Shown one piece after another: positions 20,701 to 28,641 of a stretch of DNA of 64,000 bases (position 1 is the first letter of the stretch; every line of letters begins with the position of its first letter). Below the pieces are notes generated by a model. It did no database searches. It saw only the letters and a program-made list of their open reading frames with translations, and was not told the origin of the DNA. Location of the stretch: the IMG/VR virus record IMGVR_UViG_3300022719_000284, positions 90,827 through 154,826 of that record. One strand, written 5' to 3'. A program made the translations under genes and the position numbers. Origin of the DNA: a virus. Lineage: Duplodnaviria; Heunggongvirae; Uroviricota; Caudoviricetes.

Positions 20701-21076
20701 ATTTTTAATGGGTGAAGAAGAAGCTAATAAAGCACTCGCTGATACTTTACATTACAAACTATATGACTTAAGGGAAAGTAAAGCAATAGGAAAAATACAT
20801 CTACCTACACCAGAAGAAGGTGGGGTAGTTTTACTCATGGTAAATGAAAGGGATTACATTGAATTATACCAACAGCTAGTTGATCTATGTTTTTATGAAG
20901 GTGCTGAATGGATGACAGCAAAAATCACCAGGGCACAAGAGCAAAGCGCGGAATCAACTAGCGATCTAATTCCTTTAGCAAATTACATATTGATCGCACA
21001 CATGAATTTAGTAAAAGAAGATACTTATGACTTTTTAAGAAGGTTGACACATTTGCAGGAATGGTTACCAAACTGA
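20690..21076 (+). CDS. hypothetical protein (about 128 aa; alternative start 20645 in the ORF track)
   Basis: ATG at 20690 overlaps the upstream stop; no motif recognised. Confidence 0.35.
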   Translation: MSPRFLMGEEEANKALADTLHYKLYDLRESKAIGKIHLPTPEEGGVVLLMVNERDYIELYQQLVDLCFYEGAEWMTAKITRAQEQSAESTSDLIPLANYILIAHMNLVKEDTYDFLRRLTHLQEWLPN

Positions 21077-21169
21077 TCTTTCCAGTAAGACTGGTTGTCT
21101 TTCTGGGTAGAAAGAGGACATTAAGTCCATAACTTAACAAGGCTGAATGCCATAAAATAGGAGAAAGAG

Positions 21170-21946
21170 ATGCGCTCTTTCATTATTTTGCTGATTGCTG
21201 TAGCGGGGATGGTCCTCGCATCACCGTCTTACGCCATTTTTGATGGCGGAGATGACAACTCCACCAATAGCACCGCCCAGGCTACTGGGGTAGGCGTGGG
21301 TGTTGCTGGTTCGGACGCAGCGGCGAATGCTGGTGTGTCTAAATCTGGCAATAGTGCCAATCTCAACAAGAACAAAAACACTGCTGTTTCTGGTTCCGGT
21401 GTTTTTGGGTCTGGTAATAGCAAGTCTACTGCTATTAACGGCCCGAACACCGCTGTTACTGGTCCATCTATTTCAGATGCCTCTGCTTTCTCGGGGGTTG
21501 ATTTCGAAGACGCCAGTTTCGGAAATAGCCGAAACGAAAACACCCTTGTAGGCAAGCAGAGTCAACATCAGGGGCAAAGTCAGAATCAAGGTCAGGTTAC
21601 TGACACAGATCAGAAGAATAAGCAGGAAACCGATCTAAGTGTAGATGCATCCGATAGGTCTACCACTCTAGTGCAGGATACTCGCGATCCTGTTGCTTCG
21701 GCTGCTCCTGTTTTTGCTTCTGCTTGTTCGGCTGGAGTTTCTGCCCAAAGCTACGGCTTTGGTGGTGCTCTAGCTAGTACCAATCCCATGTGTGATCTTG
21801 CCCTTGCGGTCGAGCTTGCTTTGAAGGTTGGTAACACCGAGCTTGCTAATGAGCTAACCGAGCGTGCGGCTTCTTTCTCTAAGAACCGCACGAACCCGGT
21901 TCGAGTATATGGCCAGTGGATTCCTTTCTTCGGACAGCTATTCTAG
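21170..21946 (+). CDS. secreted low-complexity Gly/Ser/Ala/Asn/Gln-rich protein with an N-terminal signal peptide (258 aa)
   Basis: 'MRSFIILLIAVAGMVLASPSYA' signal peptide. 'aggagaaagagATG' RBS. Locally higher GC than the flanks. Confidence 0.5.
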   Translation: MRSFIILLIAVAGMVLASPSYAIFDGGDDNSTNSTAQATGVGVGVAGSDAAANAGVSKSGNSANLNKNKNTAVSGSGVFGSGNSKSTAINGPNTAVTGPSISDASAFSGVDFEDASFGNSRNENTLVGKQSQHQGQSQNQGQVTDTDQKNKQETDLSVDASDRSTTLVQDTRDPVASAAPVFASACSAGVSAQSYGFGGALASTNPMCDLALAVELALKVGNTELANELTERAASFSKNRTNPVRVYGQWIPFFGQLF

Positions 21947-22008
21947 TAGCTATTGAGGAATGTTGGGGCGGGGTTTATCCCCGCCCCCTTGGACAAAAGG
22001 AGTCTACT

Positions 22009-22686
22009 ATGCAAAAAAATAGATCTGTTTTCTGGATTCTACTGATCGTAGCTTTCCTGCTTGCTTGGGGCGGCAAATCTACCGCTGATACCAAGGTTCA
22101 TGGTTTTAATATCCCAACGGCAGAAAGTTCCACGGATCCGCATATCGCGGTGTGCGGAGCTACCTCTTCTGGGACTATTGAGGGGGGAGTTCAAGGGCGT
22201 CTCGCTGATCGTCGCATGTCTGGTACAGACAGCCGAACGTATGGCGTAGCGTACTGCTTTCCTGCACAAAGAGTCTCCGGTCCTAGGGAAGTATCCGTAC
22301 CGGATCCGGTGACCGAAGCTATCGAAGTTGTAGAACACAAACTGGTAACCTTTTTTGATCACGACTCTGCGGATTTCTCAGATCTAAAAGCAGAGGAGGC
22401 AATTAAGGTTATTGTTGATTGGTTACGGACTACGCCAAGTGCTGGTCTCGTAGTCAAAGGGCATACGGATTCAACCGGAGATCCCGACTACAATATGGCT
22501 TTATCAGTTCAGCGTGCTGAAACTGTTAAAATGTTGTTTGTAGAAGCTGGAGTTTCACCCGATCGTATCAAATCTGTTGGATATGGTGAGACATCTCTAT
22601 TAGTAAATGTACTAGGGAGAAACCAAGAAAATCGCCGAGTTGAAATCGAAGTTTTCCAGATTGAAGAAGTTCTTGTTCAAGAGTAA
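22009..22686 (+). CDS. OmpA-family peptidoglycan-binding protein with a signal peptide (about 225 aa; ORF track starts at 21916)
   Basis: ATG at 22009 is preceded by 'aaaggag'. 'MQKNRSVFWILLIVAFLLAWGG' signal. C-terminal OmpA_C motifs 'GHTDSTGDPDYNMALSVQRAETV...NRRVEIEV'. Confidence 0.7.
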   Translation: MQKNRSVFWILLIVAFLLAWGGKSTADTKVHGFNIPTAESSTDPHIAVCGATSSGTIEGGVQGRLADRRMSGTDSRTYGVAYCFPAQRVSGPREVSVPDPVTEAIEVVEHKLVTFFDHDSADFSDLKAEEAIKVIVDWLRTTPSAGLVVKGHTDSTGDPDYNMALSVQRAETVKMLFVEAGVSPDRIKSVGYGETSLLVNVLGRNQENRRVEIEVFQIEEVLVQE

Positions 22687-22693
22687 AGGAAGT

Positions 22694-22730
22694 AAGGGAG
22701 GGGCTTAAATGCCCCTCCCTTAGGTTTTGG
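22694..22730 (+). terminator. rho-independent terminator: perfect 11-bp GC-rich stem (aagggaggggc / gcccctccctt), 6-nt loop, then 'aggttttgg'
   Basis: Read directly from the sequence, immediately after the OmpA-like gene stop. Confidence 0.6.
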
Positions 22731-22738
22731 AGACTACT

Positions 22739-23884
22739 TTGAAGAAAGTGCTCGTAACATCTTGCCCATCGCTTCACAATGTTGTTCAACTAGAACCTAC
22801 CCTAGAAGCGATATATTACGAACATTTTCCTTGCGAATTAACCCTCCGAACATGGGAAGGTTACATTCCATTTTTTGAAAACCATCCTTTGATAGAAAAT
22901 GTAATTACCAAAGACTCCAAAATCGATTTTATTCCCGAAGTAGAAATAATAGAAATATCAGATCTAGAATCGTGGGACGCACCAGTAGCAACTGTAGATA
23001 AATTTGCTATATCCGCCAAAGTACAACTTCTACGTAAAACTCCAAAGATTTTCTTAAACCCTTTCCCTCCCGATAGAAACATAGTTGTCCAAGCTGATGT
23101 CCCTCACTTGTTAGATTCTTGGCATTTTCCAAATAATATAAAATCTTTCAAAGAAATCCCGATTGTAAGGCTTGAGCAACCTAAAAACAATGATTATCTA
23201 AGACTTCAATTAACGGTTTTAGCTTCTTCAGCTTTGGTGGTAGGTCCTGACAGTTGGATGACTCAAGCGGCAGCAGCATTAGACGCCCGAGTAGTGATGG
23301 GCTTAGACTCTCCGCATAAAGAACCATTACGCGCCCCTATAAATGTTACTGTATCTAACAAAGATAAAGATAGCATTTTCAATACAGTGCAGGATGTTTT
23401 ATATGAAAAACGATATCCAGATTTTCTAAACTGCGGTAACGCGGCTGAATTCATAAAAAACAAAGCTAAGATGTACATGAAGTCAAATTTTATTGATGTG
23501 GGGTGCAGTAACTGGCCTATACCAAATGGAATTCCTGTTGATACGCACAATAGAGAAATTATAGAAAAAGCTCCTGATAATTATTTTTCAGGAGTTTTTT
23601 CCTCACATTGCTTAGAACACATCCGAGATTGGAAGAAAGAGTTAAAATTATGGCATAGGGTTACCAGAAATGGAGGATACATATTCATGTATCTACCTCA
23701 CCCCCGTGCAGAAGTTTGGCATGCTTTTACCGGATCCTGGGTAGGTGACAACCATGTCTGGAATCCAGAACCTGTTACTTTGGTAAAGTTCCTTAAAGAA
23801 GAATTAGGGATGAACATAATCGAATATACTTCTCGACGAGATTCTTTGTGGAGTTACTACATAATAGCGAGAAAATATGACTAG
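22739..23884 (+). CDS. GT9 (heptosyltransferase)-like domain fused to a C-terminal class-I SAM methyltransferase-like domain (about 381 aa; TTG start, ORF track starts at 22727)
   Basis: N-terminus 'KVLVTSCPSLHNVVQLEPTLEAIYYEHFP' is GT9-like and paralogous to 24358..25494. C-terminus 'FIDVGCSNWP...VFSSHCLEHI...NGGYIFMYLP' carries SAM-MTase motifs. GGAG sits 6 nt before the TTG at 22739. Confidence 0.5.
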   Translation: MKKVLVTSCPSLHNVVQLEPTLEAIYYEHFPCELTLRTWEGYIPFFENHPLIENVITKDSKIDFIPEVEIIEISDLESWDAPVATVDKFAISAKVQLLRKTPKIFLNPFPPDRNIVVQADVPHLLDSWHFPNNIKSFKEIPIVRLEQPKNNDYLRLQLTVLASSALVVGPDSWMTQAAAALDARVVMGLDSPHKEPLRAPINVTVSNKDKDSIFNTVQDVLYEKRYPDFLNCGNAAEFIKNKAKMYMKSNFIDVGCSNWPIPNGIPVDTHNREIIEKAPDNYFSGVFSSHCLEHIRDWKKELKLWHRVTRNGGYIFMYLPHPRAEVWHAFTGSWVGDNHVWNPEPVTLVKFLKEELGMNIIEYTSRRDSLWSYYIIARKYD

Positions 23885-23947
23885 AAATGGGTCGTTGCTG
23901 CTATTCCATAGAGGGACGAAACTTACAAGAAGCAGTGGAATTTTAAT

Positions 23948-24358
23948 ATGATGAAGAAAACCGATTCTGGGCCTTTGATAGAGACTGAGGCTTCTCCTGA
24001 GAAGAAACTGGAAGCTACTTCCGAAGAACAGGTTGATACCAGCGCGTGGGATAACATCATCGAGCTTATCCTAAATCTGGACCCTGATAAGTACGGTAAG
24101 CCTTTCTCCGATGTTGAGCTTCAGAAGATGTGTGAGATCGTCTCTGCGGGCAGGGGGAAATTTCCTAAGAAAGTCATCCCCTATGTGGAGCTTATGCGCA
24201 AGTTCCTTTTCGCAAACTATCAGCTCATCGCTTTGGCCGCTTTAGCTCACAAAACAGCCCAGGATAAATCCAAAGAAGAGAAACAGCTTGTCAAGCCGGC
24301 TAACTTCTCTGACCTGGGGAAGATAGAAGCCGAGAAGCTGAAGAATCAAGGTAGCTGA
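23948..24358 (+). CDS. hypothetical charged protein (136 aa)
   Basis: ORF between the two GT9-like paralogs; Lys/Glu-rich. Confidence 0.4.
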   Translation: MMKKTDSGPLIETEASPEKKLEATSEEQVDTSAWDNIIELILNLDPDKYGKPFSDVELQKMCEIVSAGRGKFPKKVIPYVELMRKFLFANYQLIALAALAHKTAQDKSKEEKQLVKPANFSDLGKIEAEKLKNQGS

Positions 24359-25494
24359 TGATGAACGTCACGAAGGTGCTAGTAACGAGATACGGCGGTG
24401 CCGGTGACATGATTATGATGGAACCGGTTTTAGAGGCATTGTACTACAAGTTCACGCCCGCAGAGATCCATCTTCGCACGCATTTCCACTACACAGATCT
24501 TCATGAGTTCCACCCCCTGATTCAAAATATTGTTCCGGGTGTTCTAACAGCCAATCCGCAAGAGATGGCCAAAGGCATTCTAAGCGACGAGAAGAAGCCT
24601 CAAGGGTTCGACTATTTCTATAACACAACCGGTAGCGTGGAAATGAACCGAGGCATACATGGTATAGATAGTTTTGCCTTTGCGTGCAGCGCAATCCCGT
24701 TCCGTAGAACCCCAGTGATGTATCTAGACCCCTCCGTCCCCGTAGAGTCCAGAGACATCGTGATCCATACCCCCAAAAAGACAGACAAGAGCCCACGAAA
24801 CAACGACTTCAGAACGTTCGGAGCGTCGGCTGTGACCAAGTTTTTAGACCAGCAAGGTATAAAGTATGATTCTATTGTCGATATTGGGTCTGAACCAGAG
24901 ACAGAAGACGCTCTACAAAATTTCGCCAGAACAATTGCCGGAGCCAAGCTGTTCATAGGCCCAGATTCGGCCGGGGCTCACATCGCCTCGGCGCTCAGCG
25001 TGCCAAGAATTGTAGCCGCATACACGGATTATTTCCCCGCAGGGATTAGAGCGTACCCAAACACTACAATCCCTGTTCGAGACAACAACATTGATGGCTT
25101 ACTGAGTGCCGTTGAAACAGCCTACACAAGCCTACACAAGCCTCTACCAGATCCTCTAGTATCCCTGCTCGTAAAATCACAGAAGTACGCTTACGGGAGA
25201 ACCTGCGGCCCCCAGGATAAGGCAAATCAGTCGGGTTACGATCTGATCCAAAGGCTCCAAATAACTTTTGAAGAAAACTGGAGACATGAGGTTTTTGATT
25301 TGATGGAAAGATTGTCCCCTAGGGGAATATTGTACTTGTACGAGAAGCACCCTAGGTTCGGTGGGACAGAAGATCCCATAATGATCGCTAAATATCTAAT
25401 CCAAACTTGTGGAATGGAAATTGTGGAATATTCTGCCACAGCAGACGAATATGGCCATTTTTTCGTCGAAGCTAGAAAGCTGGATCGTTCTTGA
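24358..25494 (+). CDS. GT9 (heptosyltransferase)-like glycosyltransferase, paralog of 22739..23884 (378 aa)
   Basis: 'KVLVTRYGGAGDMIMMEPVLEALYYKFTPAEIHL' is a GT9 N-terminal signature. C-terminus 'GMEIVEYSATADEYGHFFVEARKLD' is collinear with the paralog C-terminus. Confidence 0.5.
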   Translation: MMNVTKVLVTRYGGAGDMIMMEPVLEALYYKFTPAEIHLRTHFHYTDLHEFHPLIQNIVPGVLTANPQEMAKGILSDEKKPQGFDYFYNTTGSVEMNRGIHGIDSFAFACSAIPFRRTPVMYLDPSVPVESRDIVIHTPKKTDKSPRNNDFRTFGASAVTKFLDQQGIKYDSIVDIGSEPETEDALQNFARTIAGAKLFIGPDSAGAHIASALSVPRIVAAYTDYFPAGIRAYPNTTIPVRDNNIDGLLSAVETAYTSLHKPLPDPLVSLLVKSQKYAYGRTCGPQDKANQSGYDLIQRLQITFEENWRHEVFDLMERLSPRGILYLYEKHPRFGGTEDPIMIAKYLIQTCGMEIVEYSATADEYGHFFVEARKLDRS

Positions 25495-25529
25495 CAATCC
25501 ATATAACTTAAAACTCGGAGTATAAGATT

Positions 25530-25772
25530 TTGGAAACTGAATTAACTGGACCTTTTTCTAAATCTCGACAATGGCTTTTGAATTACCTATCAACAGCTAA
25601 ATTTAGAAATGAAATTATACAAGGGTCATTAAAAGCTGATTGGTCTGAGGTGGAGCACGCACGTGCCGCCTATTTACTGGGATGTCTTTGGGGGCGTTTG
25701 AGACAAGTAGATTCTTCCCTTGAGAATGCTACTGAATATGGAGCATTAGTAATAGAGGAGCTAAATGAATAA
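25530..25772 (+). CDS. hypothetical protein (80 aa)
   Basis: ORF with 4-nt overlap to the downstream oxygenase gene. Confidence 0.3.
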   Translation: METELTGPFSKSRQWLLNYLSTAKFRNEIIQGSLKADWSEVEHARAAYLLGCLWGRLRQVDSSLENATEYGALVIEELNE

Positions 25773-26404
25773 TGCAAGACTTCATAGTTTTAGACAATTG
25801 GCTTCCAATAGGGCAAGCAGAGGAAATTGCATCCAAAATTAGCAGAATACAAAATTGGGATGTTAGAATATGTGACAAAGACGGGGGCCCAAGAGTTGTA
25901 AAAAATGAGAGTCTCAAAAGTTTGGGAATAACAGCAGAGGAGTATGCTAAAGACTATCCAGAAAGTTTGGCCCAATTAGCCCGTGGCGGAACAATGGCTT
26001 ACTTGTTCTTTGTCAAACATCTTTCTGAATTTGACCCTATCCTTCTAAATTGGTTTAATACAGAATTCTTGTCTACGGCTAATATGATTACTGAACAAGA
26101 GAATAACTATACAGAAGAGCCCCAGGTAACTATGTATTCATCTGGGTGCTTTCTTGGGCAACATAGTGATGGAGTCGGCTCTAGGCAGGTTGCCTTTATT
26201 GCAAATTTCACACGCAATTGGCAACCTGATTTTGGTGGGTGTCTTACTATTCTTACACAAGGCAAGTGGCAGGTAATACCTCCAAAATTCAATTCGATTG
26301 TTTTTATGAATGTTAGATCAGCAAATTGTCACTATGTTAGTCAAGTTTCGAGCTGGGTACAAAACAACAGAACCGCCATTACAGGGTGGATAGGTAGAAG
26401 ATAA
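25772..26404 (+). CDS. 2-oxoglutarate/Fe(II)-dependent oxygenase superfamily protein (210 aa), possibly prolyl/lysyl-hydroxylase-like
   Basis: 'GQHSDGVGSRQVAFIANF...GGCLTIL...NCHYVSQV' fits the HxD...H facial triad in a double-stranded beta-helix context. Confidence 0.55.
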   Translation: MQDFIVLDNWLPIGQAEEIASKISRIQNWDVRICDKDGGPRVVKNESLKSLGITAEEYAKDYPESLAQLARGGTMAYLFFVKHLSEFDPILLNWFNTEFLSTANMITEQENNYTEEPQVTMYSSGCFLGQHSDGVGSRQVAFIANFTRNWQPDFGGCLTILTQGKWQVIPPKFNSIVFMNVRSANCHYVSQVSSWVQNNRTAITGWIGRR

Positions 26405-26405
26405 A

Positions 26406-27101
26406 ATGCCAAAACCAAAGCAACAAAAGCGCCTCCTAGTAGGTATTGCGCTTGACAGAAGTAGCTCTATGAACAGTGTTAAAGCTGAAACCATAAGCGG
26501 AACTAACGAACAATTTTCTGCTTTACGAGATTCTGATGATGCTGAAAATACCTTTGTTGCATTCGTTACATTTAATCAAATGGTTTTTCCTGTGTTTAAC
26601 GATGGAGACATAAACAATCGAAAACCAATTCTCGTTCCATGCTCCAACCTTAAAGATATAGGGGATAATGATTACTTCCCAAGCGGTACTACTGCCATGA
26701 GAGATGGCGTTTTAGAATTGATTGAGTTTTTCGAAAATGAAGCTAAACCAATTGATGACGTATTAATTATTGTTATTTCTGACGGCATGGAAAACGCATC
26801 AAAGAGGATTTCTTCAGAAGAACTAGCTTCCAGGGTTAAAGAGCTTCAAGATGCGGGATGGAATTTTACCTATATTGGGGCTAACCAAGACCTTACCCAA
26901 GTAGCAGCAGAAACAGGAATTCATGCGGGTAATATACTTAAATGGACAGCAGATTCAGTAGGAACAAGTGAAGCACATTATACAGTTTCTAATGCTGTAC
27001 GTGCTTACACTTTAAGTCGTTCAGAATCTATTAAAAATGGTAATATGGACAGAGTTTCAACTAATTGTTTATACAGTGATTCTACTAGAGATGAAAACTA
27101 A
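26406..27101 (+). CDS. von Willebrand factor A (vWA) domain protein (231 aa)
   Basis: MIDAS-like 'LDRSSSM' (DxSxS), 'TAMRDG', 'IVISDGMENAS'. Confidence 0.6.
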   Translation: MPKPKQQKRLLVGIALDRSSSMNSVKAETISGTNEQFSALRDSDDAENTFVAFVTFNQMVFPVFNDGDINNRKPILVPCSNLKDIGDNDYFPSGTTAMRDGVLELIEFFENEAKPIDDVLIIVISDGMENASKRISSEELASRVKELQDAGWNFTYIGANQDLTQVAAETGIHAGNILKWTADSVGTSEAHYTVSNAVRAYTLSRSESIKNGNMDRVSTNCLYSDSTRDEN

Positions 27102-28417
27102 TGGAGGAATTAAGTTTAGAACAAAAAGAATGCTTTGATGCTGCTATGAGCGATCGGAATGTATTTATTTCCGGAGCCGGAGGAGTTGGAAAATCTTTCT
27201 TAGTTAATGAAATCATAAAAGAATTCAAAGCTAGAGAAAGAAATTGTAGTGTCACAGCTTCCACTGGCGTTGCAGCTCTCAACGTAGGCGGGGTTACCAT
27301 TCATTCTTTTTTAGGTACTGCAATAGCAGGGAATATAGAAGAGGCGAAAGTTAAATTAGGAACAAAAGCTCACCATTTTGCTATTGATAGGCTAAGAAGC
27401 GTACATTCTGTTATTGTTGATGAAATCTCCATGTTATCAGGAGATTATTTAACAATGATGGATTTCTGGATGCGTCAGTTAAGAGGTAACAATGAGCAGC
27501 CGTTTGGCGGATGTCAGGTAATCCTAGTAGGTGACTTTCTTCAGTTGCCTCCTGTTGAGAGAGATAGAAAGCCTCAATATCGCTATGCATTTAATTCTCC
27601 CTCATGGGAAGAAGCCAACTTCGAAACTTTTGATCTAACTAGATCATTTAGACAGCAGGACCAAACTTTCATAAATGCTTTAAATAGAATTAGATTTGGC
27701 GATTATTCCAAAGAAGTTCGAAAAGTTTTTCGTCCATGCGTTGGAAGAGAGCTGGAAGATCCAACGTTCTTGGTATCAACTAACAAGGAAGCATCGGACA
27801 TCAACGGCAGTAAGTTCATGATGCACCCTGGAGAGACATTTTCTGCAAAACCTTTGTTTTCAATGTCAGAAAATTTCAAATATGTGTTTAAGAAAAACAA
27901 AGATTTCTGGAAAGATATAAAAGGAAAACTGTCGAAAAATAGTTTAACAGATTGCCCATTAAGGTTGAAAATAGGAGTTCCTGTTCTTGTACTAAAGAAT
28001 AACAGAATTAAAGGTTACGTTAACGGACAAAGAGGCTTGGTATCTGACATTCAAGTTACACCAAACAAAGAAATTACAAGTGTTACAGTTGAGTTTCTTG
28101 ACGGAAACTCTGTTTCTATCGAAAGAGAATCTTGGGATTGGCTGGACCCTAACAGATCTGTAATGGGTACAATGCATCATTTTCCCCTAAGGCTAGGGTG
28201 GTCTATAACTATCCATAAAAGCCAAGGTCTTACGCTAGATAATGTAGAAGTGGACCTAAGTAAAGGATTTGCTGCTGGGCAAGCTTATGTAGCCCTATCT
28301 AGAATGAAGTCCCTAGAAGGTCTTGCCCTAACTGATGCAATAAACCCAGGAATAGTAAAAGCAGACAAAGAAATCATCGACTTTTATGACAAGTCTAGGA
28401 TAGCTAGAGAATCCTAA
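27101..28417 (+). CDS. Pif1/RecD-family SF1 helicase (438 aa)
   Basis: Walker A 'ISGAGGVGKS'. 'VIVDEISMLS' (motif II). 'ILVGDFLQLPPV' (Pif1 signature region). C-terminal 'SITIHKSQGLT...AYVALSRM' motifs. Confidence 0.8.
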   Translation: MEELSLEQKECFDAAMSDRNVFISGAGGVGKSFLVNEIIKEFKARERNCSVTASTGVAALNVGGVTIHSFLGTAIAGNIEEAKVKLGTKAHHFAIDRLRSVHSVIVDEISMLSGDYLTMMDFWMRQLRGNNEQPFGGCQVILVGDFLQLPPVERDRKPQYRYAFNSPSWEEANFETFDLTRSFRQQDQTFINALNRIRFGDYSKEVRKVFRPCVGRELEDPTFLVSTNKEASDINGSKFMMHPGETFSAKPLFSMSENFKYVFKKNKDFWKDIKGKLSKNSLTDCPLRLKIGVPVLVLKNNRIKGYVNGQRGLVSDIQVTPNKEITSVTVEFLDGNSVSIERESWDWLDPNRSVMGTMHHFPLRLGWSITIHKSQGLTLDNVEVDLSKGFAAGQAYVALSRMKSLEGLALTDAINPGIVKADKEIIDFYDKSRIARES

Positions 28418-28605
28418 TGTCTGGACCCAACGTTTCTAAAGGCTCTGAATGTTGGGGAGGGATAAAAACAGCCTGGAGATGTAAGGTTACAGGGTTTTCA
28501 AAGCATAACTGTGTTCAAATTATATGGCTAAATGGTCCCCTGGAGGGAAGGCCAGCTCTCGTCCCTAAAGAAACATTGAGTAGAACTCAAGGAAAGAGGG
28601 GTTAG
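28417..28605 (+). CDS. small hypothetical protein (62 aa)
   Basis: TAATG-coupled ORF after the helicase; weak support. Confidence 0.3.
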   Translation: MSGPNVSKGSECWGGIKTAWRCKVTGFSKHNCVQIIWLNGPLEGRPALVPKETLSRTQGKRG

Positions 28606-28641
28606 AAGTCTAAAGAGACTGTAAGAGAGATTATCTCTTAA

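Noticed and set aside
21229-21555. Overlapping ORFs on both strands inside the secreted Gly/Ser-rich gene
   Set aside because: Low-complexity, GC-rich region. The sense ORF with signal peptide and RBS is favoured; the others have no start context.
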